64,000 nt of DNA, from positions 3,224,001-3,288,000 of the forward strand of contig OX597836.1 of the NCBI GenBank assembly GCA_951406725.2. Reading direction: 5' to 3'. Both the position numbers and the translations under genes were made by a program. This DNA is from Octopus vulgaris. Taxonomy: Eukaryota. Positions 1-11,939 of the stretch are shown one piece after another. Within the stretch, counting starts at the first letter, position 1, and each line of letters opens with the position of its first letter. Below the pieces are notes generated by a model that was not told the origin of the DNA, did not search any database, and was given only the letters and a program-made list of their open reading frames with translations.

Positions 1-78
1 TATTTACATAATATCGAGGTGTCTTTCTTTCTTTTGTTATCTTACCATTTTTATCAATATATATATATACACACACAT

Positions 79-289
79 ATCGCTAACAATAGAACTCAAA
101 AATACTTTTGTGACCATGGTCACAAAATAAATGGGAGGTAAAAATTCCAGTGAACACCAAAATCGTCTTACCTCGGCGAAGTTCAGCAAAATTAATTTTT
201 GTTCACTGGAAAGTTTTCCTCCCATGCCTGTATTTATTTTGTCACTATTCCGTACAACAGAAGTATTTTTGACTTCTATTTTTAGCGAT
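79..289. repeat. Degenerate long inverted repeat (about 80 bp arms, about 45 nt loop)
   Basis: ATCGCTAACAATAGAACTCAAAAATACTT at 79 pairs with AAGTATTTTTGACTTCTATTTTTAGCGAT ending at 289. The inner segment ATGGGAGGTAAAAATTCCAGTGAACA pairs with TGTTCACTGGAAAGTTTTCCTCCCAT. Confidence 0.85.
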
Positions 290-894
290 GCAGATACTCA
301 TACATATAGACGCACATACACATTTTTTATATATATATATATATAGGTTAATCAGTAGGAGGTATCAAGGCGGAAACCTATTATTTGGAACCCCTCTGAC
401 GAAATTTCCTCATACTTCCTCTGTCACTCTTAAGATATATATATATATATATATACACACATTCACCACACATATACATACGCATGTACACACTCATCTA
501 TATTCTTCTATTTGTACGTGGTTGTGTGTAAGTAGTTCTATATAATCATATCGGGGCAAATATTTATGTCAGTGTCAAAACGTTATATAACCCTAACGGC
601 ATAGCCAAATATTTCCAACATCAAAGATTAACGCATGCGCGATCTCAGTTTTCTTTAATGCTCTTTTGGACATATTCATTCATACAGTTCTTCATGCGTG
701 AGTTTCTAAATACAAATCAGAATGTAAAGTTAAATTTATGTATATATAAATGTCGGTGTATATATATATATATACGCAAACCTATATTCGTTATTACAGA
801 AATTACACTAACCGGTTTCTTTAAGAATGAGACAGACAAACACACACATATACATGCATATGTATATACATTCCTGTACATGAATATGTATGTA

Positions 895-928
<34 letters not shown>

Positions 929-935
929 TGGGGAT

Positions 936-1277
936 TCTTTTCTTTTATCTTTTACTTGCTTCAGCCATTTGGCTGCGGCCATGCTAGATCACCATCCTTA
1001 GTCGAACAATTCGACCCCAGGACTTATTCTTTGTAAGCCTAGTACTTATTCTATCGGTTTCTTACGTAGAATCGCTATGTTACGTGTCAAGCAGTGGCGC
1101 ACAAACAGGGAGACAAATACACACACATATAGATATATTACACGACAGACTTCTTTCGGTTTTCCGCCTACCAAATCCACTCACAAGGCTTTTGCTCGTT
1201 CTGAGACTATTGTAGAAGACACTTGCCTAAAGTGCTATGCAGTGAGGCTGAACCCAACACTATGTGGTTGAGAAGCA
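936..1277 (-). mobile_element. SINE family A (tRNA-derived, CORE-like, bipartite with internal microsatellite), head truncated
   Basis: Reverse-complement match to the copy at 61688-62052 (GGCAAGTGTCTTCTAC, GAATAAGTCCTGGGGTCG, AGCATGGCCGCAG blocks). Confidence 0.85.
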
Positions 1278-1312
1278 TATAGATATATACATGCATAAGA
1301 CTCACACACACA

Positions 1313-1349
<37 letters not shown>

Positions 1350-1351
1350 CA

Positions 1352-2255
1352 CACAGACATGCAGGAAGTAAATAGACACCTTTAATTTTCAAAATCTAAG
1401 CATCTTAATGTTTTCAGCGGTGTAGAATTTACAACGTAATTATTATTCTTTTTCATTCCAGGTACCATTATAATAAACATTTGCTAAGAGTAACCATGTC
1501 ACGCTCAAACAAAAGTCAGCAGAACTGTCAGATTTTCAAAGAGTTCGTATTGTTGGCCACACTGCGGCTGGTTTTAGCCAGCGAAAAATTGCCGAAAATC
1601 TACAGTGCAATTCAAAGGCCAAGGAAAATGAATCAAGATTCTCGTCCTGGCCGACCTGGGCCCGCGGAAAGGAAGCTTCACTGTTTCAAGAGAATTGTGG
1701 AAAACGAAACACGTTCGAAGGCTTCTGACATTGCTGCACTAGTTTGGGTATTATGGACGAGCAGCTAGAAAACCCCTCCTTCAACCAATTAATAGCACGA
1801 AAAGGAATAAATGGGCTAAGATGTCAGAAAAATACTTCCGGTGTATTCACACGATAAGATAACGAAAGATGAGTTTATCTTCGTGGAAGATGGGGCTCCA
1901 TGCAACACAGTGAAAAGGAATCAATAATGGCTGACTGAAAATGGGCTCAAAAAGCTTCCTTGGCCGAGCCAATCTCCTGACTTGAACCCAATTGAAAATC
2001 TTTGGCGCATACTAGATAGAGCTATACGAAAAACTAAATCTAAAGATGAATTGTTTTGATTGTTGCGTGAAAAGTGGGCAGAAATTCCACAAGAGACAAT
2101 CACAAAGCTCACCAGTTCAATGCCAAAAAGAGTTTCTGAATTAAAAACTGCAAAGGGAATGTCAACTGAATACTATTACATTTGAATTGTTTGCTTTGCG
2201 TATTAAATAAAAAGGATTTGGGAAATTAAAGGTATCTATTTACTTCTTGGATGGA

Positions 2256-2260
<5 letters not shown>
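1352..2260 (+). mobile_element. Internally deleted Tc1-family DNA transposon with both TIRs
   Basis: About 43 bp TIRs: CAGACATGCAGGAAGTAAATAGACACCTTTAATTTTCAAAATC and GATTTGGGAAATTAAAGGTATCTATTTACTTCTTGGATGGATG. A disrupted transposase lies between them. Confidence 0.92.
1496..2184 (+). pseudogene. Tc1 DDE transposase remnant
   Basis: About 1865-2184 reads FIFVEDGAPCNT...WLTENGLKKLPWPSQSPDLNPIENLWRIL...LREKWAEIPQETITKLTSSMPKRV, with the Tc1 SPDLNPIENLW motif and in-frame stops. An HTH-like GFSQRKIAENL lies near 1565. Confidence 0.92.
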
Positions 2261-2298
<38 letters not shown>

Positions 2299-2308
2299 CT
2301 CATATAAG

Positions 2309-2447
2309 ATAGGTGTACGTTTACACACAAAATAGAGGAGCCTAACAAGGACACATTACATGCTAAATGGATCAGTCAAAGCCCAAATCACGGTTTTGAA
2401 GTGGATGAAAAACAAAAACATTTTCAATAGTTACCACTTGTACCAAG
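2309..2447 (+). CDS. Candidate exon of gene 1 (either a long exon with an in-frame TAG at 2428-2430 or a 17-nt microexon at 2431-2447)
   Basis: Donor CAAG|GTTTCG at 2447/2448 is phase 2 and joins exon 3501 in frame. The frame reads RCTFTHKIEEPNKDTLHAKWISQSPNHGFEVDEKQKHFQ*LPLVPR. Confidence 0.35.
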
Positions 2448-2896
2448 GTTTCGAAAATTAATGAACAAATAGAATAATTTGTTATCCGTGTTCTCATCAG
2501 CCAGGGCGCTAAAATTAATGTATAATTATGGGACAAATAGACAGCACATGTCTCCTCTTTATACATTATAATTTTTCAAATCCAGGGCGCGAATAAAAAT
2601 ATGTGTGCCAACCACTTGCGTGTATAAATGTACACTAATTTTATATAAAAATATGTTGTCTATTGACTATTTTATGCATGCCAACCAATGGTAGAAAGTT
2701 TCTCTAACTTTCCTACCTTATATATATTTTCTTATTATGAATTTCGTAATTTTGGAGAAAGTTGGCACGTATATTTTTATTCTTATAGCAATGCTGAATT
2801 AAACTGAGTGCCTCATACTTAATGATAAGAATATCAAATATTATTAAATCAATTTTATTCTTGAGTTTTGTCGTTTTGAGTATGTTTTGCTCCAAC

Positions 2897-3300
2897 AAAT
2901 ATACAGACAGTGAAGACACTCTACAGACGTGGTATGAGCAAACAGCAGAAGGGATTCACCGGATGAAAGTGAAGGAAGAAGAACAAATAAAAAACTCTGA
3001 CGATTTAAAGTGGGAAATACGAAGGTTGTGGTCAGTGAAGAGAGTAGATGTGATAGCAATAGTAATTGGTGCAATTAGAAGTATCAGCACTCAACTACCA
3101 ACATGGCTCAAAAAGATCGGTGCAAGTGTGAAGGTAGAACAGCTACAAAAATCAGCATTGCCCAGAACTTCAAGAATTCTTCGCAGAATTCTTGAAGCAT
3201 GACCAGTAAACAAATGTCACCTTAGTCTGCTGGATGTGGACAGACGGCACATTCCATCATACACAAGAAAATAAGCTGTGAGCTTCCATATAATAATAAT
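2897..3300 (+). mobile_element. 3' fragment of an RLE-type non-LTR retrotransposon (R4/Dong-like) with (TAA)n tail
   Basis: The ORF ends TWYEQTAEG..MKVKEEEQIKNSDDLKWEIRRLWSVKRVDVIAIVIGAI...LQKSALPRTSRILRRILEA*, a typical restriction-like endonuclease C-terminus. The short 3' UTR ends in ATAATAATAAT. Confidence 0.88.
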
Positions 3301-3452
3301 CTTTTTCTAATACATGGACAAGGCCTGAAATTTTGCGGGGAGTGGCAAGTCGATAACAACGACCCCAGTGTGTCACAGGTACTTAATTTATCGACTCTGA
3401 AAGTATGAGAGTCAAAGTCGATCCCTGCGGCATTTGATCTCAGAACGGAAAG
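3301..3452 (-). mobile_element. SINE family B fragment (Meta/MESC-like central domain)
   Basis: GGTACTTAATTTATCGAC...GTCAAAGTCGA...GGCATTTGATCTCAGAACG matches the reverse complement of 59391-59618. Confidence 0.8.
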
Positions 3453-3500
3453 ACCGGCGTTCGAATGAGGCACATACACTGTTCTTTCACTCTTCTACAG

Positions 3501-3566
3501 GTCCTCGTCATTACAGTGCGGCTATACTGGGAGTTACGTTGCAAAGCTTACTGGGACCCGTTCTGT
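3501..3566 (+). CDS. Candidate internal exon of gene 1 (66 nt)
   Basis: Strong acceptor GTTCTTTCACTCTTCTACAG| and donor |GTATGT in unique, non-repetitive sequence. The phase-2 frame reads SSSLQCGYTGSYVAKLTGTRSV. Confidence 0.6.
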
Positions 3567-4028
3567 GTATGTGGACGTACGTATACGTGTCCATATACAC
3601 ACATACACATCTGATTGAAGAGCATACATCCATACACAAATACATATATATATGTGCATTAACACATACTTCAACTACACACACACACACATACATACAT
3701 ATGTGTATACATATGTATATATTTATATAAAGGCACATACATATTTGTCCCTTTATATTTCTCGCAGTAAATAAGGACATGTATATAAGTCAGTAGATTT
3801 TATGTGTATATATATATATATAACATATTGGTATAAATACACATATAGACGTCATTACTCCACCACTACATCCACCATACACACACATATATATACGCAT
3901 TGATGCAGAGTAGAATTCTTTAGAATCTTTTATATTGAATATAAAATGTATTGAAAAATAAAACCTTCGTTGTTTTCTATGTTTTCTATTGCGTATTGTC
4001 TGCTCTTCTTTCTATCGAATTTCCGAAG

Positions 4029-4140
4029 ATATATATATCTGCTACCTCGCAAAGAACCTGAGGGTACTTGTTTAAAGGACATTTTATTCAATATCGAGCT
4101 GCTAGGGATAGTAGAAGCAAAAGAGGCAGAAGCTTTAAAT
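4029..4140 (+). CDS. Candidate internal exon of gene 1 (112 nt)
   Basis: Pyrimidine tract then TTCCGAAG|, and a weak donor AAT|GTATCT. In frame with exon 3501: YIYLLPRKEPEGTCLKDILFNIELLGIVEAKEAEALN, ending in phase 0. Confidence 0.55.
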
Positions 4141-4279
4141 GTATCTGATTTGGGTGATCCGAAGCGGGGACTGTTGATGTTGTGTTTCTTACTCTCAATC
4201 CATTTCTTATTTACACAAATATATTCTCTTTCGAAAAAAAAAAGTCTCTCCTCCATCGACCATGCTTTCTATTCGAATC

Positions 4280-4660
4280 GATCGTCATCACTGTTCACAT
4301 CATGATCATCACTATGAACATGACTCCCTTCATCATCATCGTCATCATCATCGTTGTCATGATGTCATTATGTGGTTGCGATAATGATGATGATTGTGGT
4401 GATGATCATGATGATGATGGTGGTGGTGGTGGTTGAGCCGGGGTGTGGCAGATTGTGATTATGGTGGCGGTGATATTCTTGTTTGTCGCGTTGGTGCTGT
4501 TGCTAGTACCGATGCAAGTTCTGGAATGGTCGACGGTGGACGTGTCCGAGGTGGCAGTGTTGATGACGAGGATGAGATGGCGTGGTTGGAGGAGGAGAAA
4601 GAGGACGAATAGGGTGAAGAGAAAAAGTGGTAGAAAAGGATGAGGAGGAGAAGGAATAAG
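4280..4660. repeat. Degenerate trinucleotide repeats (CAT/GAT/GGT/GAG)
   Basis: Visible triplet periodicity, which produces the spurious low-complexity ORFs. Confidence 0.85.
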
Positions 4661-4669
4661 AGGAGGGGA

Positions 4670-5390
4670 AAACCACAAAACTACAGACCTATAACCTGTC
4701 TCTCTATAATTTACAAAGCCTTTACTGCAATGATATCGCAGAGATTGTGCAAGCATCTGGAAGAAAATAACTTGTTTCCAGAAGAGCAAAAGGGATGCTG
4801 CAAGGACTCATACGGCTGCAAAGATCAACAAACGATCAATAAAGCCGTAACTGAAGACAGCCGCAGAAAGAGGAAAGGTCTCAGTATGGCCTGAATCGAC
4901 TACCGAAAGGCTGTTGATTGAATTCCCCACTTGTGGACCCTCGAAACACTAGCCATTAACAAGGTAGCACCAAAAATTATAAAATACATAAGAGGTTCTA
5001 TGAATAAATGTCAGACAGTGCTACTGCTCCAAACAAAAGGAGGACTCGTGAAAACCAAAGCCATCTCCATTAGAAGAGGAATATTCCAGGGAGAAACAAT
5101 CTCTCCACTCCTTTTCTGCTTGGCACTGACACCTTTATCTCACATGCTAAATAGAACTGGATGCGGATACAAATGTTACGGCAAAACAATCAATATGAGT
5201 GACCTAAAACTATACGCGACAAATGACAAGCAGCTGGAAACACTACTACAGACAGTAAATGGATTTACCAAAGAAATAGATATGAAATTTGGATTAGAAA
5301 AATGTGCCAAAGCAACCCTGAAAAGAGGAAAACTAGCTAAGAATCGCAACATCACACTAGATAAAGCCAATGAAATAAAAGAATTAGACC
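4670..5390 (+). mobile_element. Reverse-transcriptase fragment of an R4/Dong-like non-LTR retrotransposon (inactivated)
   Basis: NYRPITCLSIIYK...FPEEQKGC...GCKDQ...SMA*IDYRKAVD*IPH...IRRGIFQGETISPLLFCLAL...INMSDLKLYA...MKFGLEKCA. It has two stops, and the HLxYMDD motif is eroded to INMSD. Confidence 0.93.
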
Positions 5391-5404
5391 ATATGTGTGT
5401 GTGA

Positions 5405-5436
<32 letters not shown>

Positions 5437-5575
5437 ATATATTTATGGGTGTGTGTGTGAGTGATTAATAATTAAAGAGGAGAATTTTATATCCACATTT
5501 ATTCTGCATTCAATCAAGACTTTTCATTTTTGCACCTGCTGATATTTCTGCCACATCACTGTGCGTATCATATAT

Positions 5576-5638
<63 letters not shown>

Positions 5639-5689
5639 CTATATATGAATGTGTATTATACTTTGCGTTTCCCTTCCATTTTAAGCTAA

Positions 5690-5820
5690 CAAATTGGCAA
5701 GACTTGACAAGGACATTTAAATTAATTTAGCTATATAATAAAGCTATAATAACCTTAATTATATAGCTTTATTATATAGCTAAATTAAATTAAACGTCCT
5801 TGTCAAGCCATGCCAAATTG
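5690..5820. repeat. Fold-back inverted repeat (about 58 bp arms)
   Basis: TTGGCAAGACTTGACAAGGACATTTAAATTAATTTAGCTATATAATAAAGCTATA pairs with TATAGCTTTATTATATAGCTAAATTAAATTAAACGTCCTTGTCAAGCCATGCCAA. Confidence 0.9.
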
Positions 5821-6024
5821 TTTACCCTTCCTTTCTATTTTAACCTATGCCTATCGACTCAAGGGGAAGCCACTTCTAGCTGTTTTGTATGATAACTGCA
5901 GTTAAAACGGGAATTTTAGTGGCAAGCAATTTGAATACTCAGCGCACATTCTTCTTAGTTTGAGTCAGTCTGACGAAAACGCTTCGTATCTTTTATTCAT
6001 ATATATGTGTGTGTGTGTGTGTGT

Positions 6025-6310
6025 GGAGGCGCAATGGCCCAGTGGTTAGGAGCGTGGTTTCGTTTCTCAGACCGGGCGTTGTGAGTGTTTATTGAGCGAA
6101 AACACCTAAAGCTCCACGAGGCTTCGGCAGAGGGTGGTAGCGGTCCCTGCTGTACTCTTTCGCCGCAACTTTTTTTCACCCTTTCTTCTGTTGGCCTGCT
6201 CCCTTAGCCAGCGGTGTGGCGTCATTTGAAGGCTAAAACAATGCAAAGCGCATTGTGACCAGCGATGTGTAGCAACATCTGATAGCCTGGTCGGTCATGG
6301 TAATCACGTA
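6025..6310 (+). mobile_element. SINE family C (tRNA-derived, possibly tRNA-Arg; octopus OR-like)
   Basis: Head GGAGGCGCAATGGCCCAGTGGTTAGG (A-box). The body is closely similar to the inverted copy at 15158-15461. Confidence 0.88.
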
Positions 6311-6324
6311 GATATATATATACG

Positions 6325-6713
6325 CTTTACTCTTTTACTTGTTTCAGTCATTTGACTGTGGCCATGCTGGAGCACCGCCTTTAGTCGAGCAAATCGACCC
6401 CAGGACTTATTCTTTATAAGCCAAAGACTTATTCTATTGGTGTATTTTGCTGAACCGCTAAGTTACGAAGACATAAACACACCAGCATCGGTTGTCAAAC
6501 TCAGACACACAAACATATATAGACATATATATATATATATATATATACACGACAGGCTTCTTTTCAGTGTCCGTCTACCGAATCCACTCAAAAGAGTTTG
6601 GTCGGCCCGAGGCTATAGTAGAAGACACTTGTCCAAGTTGCCACGCAGTGAGACTGAACCCGGAACCATGTGGTCGGTAAGCAAGCTACTTACCACTCAG
6701 CCACCTCTGTACC
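6325..6713 (-). mobile_element. SINE family A, near full length
   Basis: tRNA-like head (GTGGCTGAGTGGTAAGTAGCTTG...GGTTCAGTCTC on the minus strand), CORE-like CTTGGACAAGTG, internal (TA)n, and a tail ending GTAAAAGAGTAAAG. Confidence 0.9.
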
Positions 6714-6803
6714 TATATATATATATATATTCATAAAAACGGTAAGATGTAAATAGAGGAATTGATCTGTAAATGTAATATGTGACAATTATTCGGTAGC
6801 CAA

Positions 6804-6864
6804 GATAAAACTCCGAGTTTCAGATGCCGAGATGGAAATCCACGTCACCATTTCTTCAGTTATC
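6804..6864 (-). ncRNA. Type I hammerhead ribozyme-like motif (Penelope/retrozyme type)
   Basis: Minus strand: GAUAA CUGAAGA [31-nt imperfect stem II] GAAA CUC-G-GAG UU UUAUC. Stem I is GAUAA/UUAUC, stem III CUC/GAG, and the cleavage triplet GUU. Confidence 0.72.
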
Positions 6865-7553
6865 CGGCCATCGGAAAAACGCTATGAAAAATGACCGTTA
6901 TACAAAGGGAAGTTACTGTGTTATTGACTGCTATTAAGACAAAAGAGCTACTCGAATGACCGCTAAGACATATGTAGACATACACCTATTTATATACAGA
7001 TAGTTAAAGTAAATTCCATTTATTTCGTCTGGAAGCCAATCTACTTATTCAATTCCTACAATCAAAAGTAGCAACAGTTGCTGCTGTATGTTAGACAAAA
7101 CACGTATTAAAATTGAGAATAATGGTAACAGTATTTGCAGAATTATTGTATAGCAAAACAAGAAAAAGGGAAGGGTTTTTTTTTGTATTATTTATTCTCA
7201 ATTATTTATGATTCGTTTGCGAAGAAAGAATTACTAAGATTTCTGTCTGACGAATTTCTCATACGAATCTTCTCACGGGTCTACGCAACACGTAAATCCT
7301 TGTAATTCCTATTAGCAAACGAAATACGTGTAATGGAGAGTAAATAACACCCAGAAAATTTCCACTTTCAAGTTCTATTTTGTATATACATACACACACA
7401 CACACACATATGCGTGTGGGTGTGCGTATATATGTATGTGTTTATGTGTACATATATATGTATGTGTTTATGTGTACATATATATTCATATATAAATATA
7501 GATAGATTGATAAATACAAACACACACATATGTATATATATAAATACATACGT

Positions 7554-7588
<35 letters not shown>

Positions 7589-7599
7589 AATACATACGT

Positions 7600-7668
<69 letters not shown>

Positions 7669-9019
7669 CATATTTATACATCACGTATGATGACTATGGC
7701 CGCATATGTGACAGTGTTTTACACATGCCATGGCCTACTAAATAACTGTACATCTTTCATTTGAATATCAACTGTTCGACTCCATCCTCCTGGGGAACAT
7801 AATATTCAATGCTGAGGCATTAATAATAAATATTCTTCTAAAACAGAGACACATAAGATGGCATTATTTATTATAATGTCGCAGTCGATGGTGGCAATCG
7901 TCTAAACTTCCCCCGTTAGTTGCTAGCTGGTGTCTAATTTGGGAAATATTATTTAGTATTAAATTTTACTTGGTATACATTTAAGTTGTTATTTCATTAC
8001 TTAAGTATATGCATAAAGATCTGTATAGGTGTGTGTATACACTATACACTGACATGTGTATGCAGTAGATAGTATATTTGTGTATGTTTCTCTCTCTCTC
8101 TCTCTCTCTCTTTGTATGTGAGTGTGTGTTTGTTTATCTTTGTATGTCAGTGTGTGTATGTGTGTGTGTGAATGTCGGTGTGTGTGTGTGTGAATGTCGA
8201 TGTGTGTGTGTGTGTGAATGTCTGTGAATGTGTGTGTATTTAGACTACTGTACAGTATTCTGGTACCATATTCTCACCAAAATTAATTACCTATAGATAG
8301 ATAAACAGATACATACTTACGTAGGTAGATAAATGGAAAGATAGGTATATAGATACGTAGGTAGGTAGGTAGACAAATGGAATGATAGATAGACAGACAG
8401 ATAGAGATAGATAGATAGATATATAGATAGATAGATAGATGAGAGAGAGAGAGTAAAGGAATAGTATTCACGAGACAATTTACTACGATCAAAGTGAATA
8501 AACAGCATAGTACAAGGGGTATCCCTCATATAAAATTATGTATTTATATTTAGATATAGTTAAGAGATGCTCAGACTTATATTACTAGCATGGGAGCATA
8601 TATAAGTTAGTTATAAAGTAGTAATCATAAATATATCAGAAAAACGGCAAAATCAGGAAAGCAAATGTTCACAGATAAATGTCCGGAAAGTTTTTACTAT
8701 GTCTGAACTAATTGCTAATAATATGTGTGTGTGTATAGGTACATAGTTGAATGGATGGATAGGTAGGTAAATAGATACGTGTTTATATATATATATATTT
8801 ATATATACATACACGTTAGAATTTCAACATCAACAACAAGATATTTTTGAATGTATGTATGTACGCACTCACAAATATACACACATGAACACGCTCATAT
8901 ACACACACACATATTTATGCCTGTGGGTGTATGTGTGTATACATTAAAGAATTCAGGTAACCACAAGCACCACGATCTTCGTTGACTCGAATATTAGACC
9001 CTTAACAATATGTACACGT

Positions 9020-9370
9020 AAAGGGGGTGGCCTGGTTTATTGATAGGAAGTTTGCTTCCCAACCATAAGGTTCCAGTTTCGATCCCACTGCGTGGAACCT
9101 TAAACAGTTGCCTTCTTTCTACTGCCATCTACAAGAATCTGGCTCCACTTATTGGAAGGAACCTGAAAAGATACCGTTCTACCTGTGCGTGTGTCTGTGT
9201 TACTGTGTGTGCGTTGGTGTGTGTGTGTGTGTGTGTGCAAGAGTAAATAATAAAAAATAAAGAAGTACTAGGCTTTAAAACAATAAGAATTAATGTCGAT
9301 TATTCCTACCAAAAACTTTCTAGGCGGTGCCCAAGTATGGCCGCAGACCAGTGAGAGAAACGAATATAAC
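9020..9370 (+). mobile_element. SINE family A, diverged copy
   Basis: TTGCTTCCCAACCATAAGGTTCCAGTTTCGATCCCACTGCGTGGAACCTT head and GGCGGTGCCCAAGTATGGCCGCAG tail. Confidence 0.75.
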
Positions 9371-9644
9371 ACAAAAGTTGTATATATATATATACATATA
9401 TATATTAATGTATTGCATGCGTGAATATTAATCAAGTACCAAGGCACCGTTGCTTTAAATAATGTCTTTGTGGAAATCAGACACACTTTGGTTTCTTTTA
9501 ATAACAATTTTCAGTCTCGCCGTAAAATATATAAACCAGAGATAAATCTTATGATTTATTCACGAGTTATGTTCTGTCGCAGCGCGACTAAATTTATGTT
9601 TATTTCATGTATCGTGTATGAGTTATATGCAGTCATATATGTGT

Positions 9645-9703
<59 letters not shown>

Positions 9704-9867
9704 CACACACATATAAGTATGTATATATACCTGTATGCCTACACATTCTCGTGTATACATGTATCTAAATCTCTCTCTCTCTCTTTATATATATATATAT
9801 ATATATATATAAATACATATGCATACATATATACACATATATATATACATACACACGCGCACGCACG

Positions 9868-9903
<36 letters not shown>

Positions 9904-10939
9904 AACGTATGCATATATAAATGAATATGTGGACACATGAAAATTCATATATCCAAATATTTGTGTATATATAGGCGTATATGAGTATATGTACAAACAT
10001 AAGTATTATGTATATGCAGAAATATATACATATATATGTGTGTGTATGTATGTGTATGTATGTATATATATATATATATATATAGACACATATGCATATA
10101 TATGTACATATATAAGTTACCTATTTGCATATAGTATCACGTGTTCGTCTGGTGTTCGCTGCAGAAGACCACTTTTAATTACTTCTGACTTCTTAATAGG
10201 TTGTAAATTCAGGAAAAAGTATATTTGTGTCCTTACTCTGTGGGTTAATGGAATGCCTACAGTGTTATTATCAGAAGCTATTGCCAACAATATGTAAGAG
10301 ATAATTAAAGTACTGGAAGATTGGCGGAACATCTCGTCCTATTATTCCGATATGTAATATTATACGTGATATATATTCATAGCATTCAGTTATACAGCTT
10401 CCAACAAATGCACTCTGTCCGTGCTGAGACACGGCCATATGTAATTCGTAGCGTTTCTGTCTTTTTTCTATTATTATTATTATTGTTGTTGTTGTTTTTA
10501 TTGTTATCATTATTGTTAATGTCGTTGAAAATGTGTTCGAGGTTGTTTTTATTTTGAACAATAGACAGAGATACATTTGTGTGGCTCTAAGTAAAATTAC
10601 TGTTTGCTATAACCTTATATATCTACCTACCAGTCTATATGTAAATGTGTGTATGTATGAAAATAATCATGTTTCTTTTCTGGAACGGTGTATCTCGAAG
10701 CAGATAAAGCTATAAATGAGACGGTATAAATATCGGCTTCAAATTCTAGACTGGTACTTAATTTATCGACCCCGAAAAGGGGAAAAGTAAAGTGAACGTC
10801 AGTGGAATTTGAAAAGCATGTCATTATTGCGAATTAAAGGTTTTGGATAGACACACACAGAATTGCTGAAAATATACATATTTGTGACTATGTGTGTGTA
10901 TATATACATATATACATATATATATACATATATATATGT

Positions 10940-10981
<42 letters not shown>

Positions 10982-10990
10982 ACATATATA

Positions 10991-11522
10991 TGTGGTGGCT
11001 GCCCCCTCATTATCGAGTATGGCCATTGCACGAAGCTTAATCAATGTTGTTATCGTGCAATGCCTGTGCAAGAATATTTTTTTTAAAGTGAGGAAAGGCT
11101 GTGCACTGAGTCAATCCCACTCACTAAGCAACAGCATCCATAATCTGAAAAGGAGAACAAGTCAACACCATCGGTAACCACTGAGCCTCAGGTTTTATGT
11201 CGGAGTTATCCCAGTTACCTTCTCCTAGAAGGATGCCCTAACAATGGCTAGGAGTCCTTCACTTCCAATGGTTTAACCGCGCGATCGAGTATTCAGTCCG
11301 ATTATTTCTATGTCTCTGCGCATGATACAGCCCTAAGACATTTATTGGATGGCCATTGACTCTCAAGAGTTCCTCCGCCTTTTGACGGGGTTTTTTTTCA
11401 TCCCGCAGGGTGTCCAATAAACACCCTCCTCACCAAGTAAGCTTGGTGGGGTTGCCGACGACCCGACTATGCAACAGGTTGTAATGGGTTACATGTTACC
11501 AGTAGCACTGAAAAGTGACCTA
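10991..11522 (-). mobile_element. Non-autonomous RTE-related retroelement (RTE-SINE-like)
   Basis: GC-richer unit embedded in (TA)n. It contains TTACCTTCTCCTAGAAGGATGCCCTAACAATGGCTAGG, which resembles the RTE 5' motif (from recall). No ORF. Confidence 0.55.
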
Positions 11523-11939
11523 AGATATATATGTACACACATATATACATACATAGGTACACGTACATATATATATATATGTACACATATATATGCACAT
11601 ATATATACAAATATACACACACATATGCATATATATATATACACACATACATACATATACACACATACATATAATATAAATAATATATAAATATATGCAT
11701 ATATACATACATATGTATACATACCTACATATTTATGTATATATACATGCATATATGGGTACAGGACATAAAAAAAAACGTAGACATTATGAGAAACGAA
11801 AACATAAAAGCAATGAATTATTTTATTATGTTATTATATGATCGATCACCACGCATCCTTTTCCAAGTAAGTTTTATCACATATACATATATATACTCCT
11901 AAATATATATATATTCCTAAATATATATATATATATATA

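Noticed and set aside
4298-4413. CAT/GAT hairpin as a structured RNA
   Set aside because: The pairing arises from adjacent complementary triplet repeats, and there is no evidence of selection.
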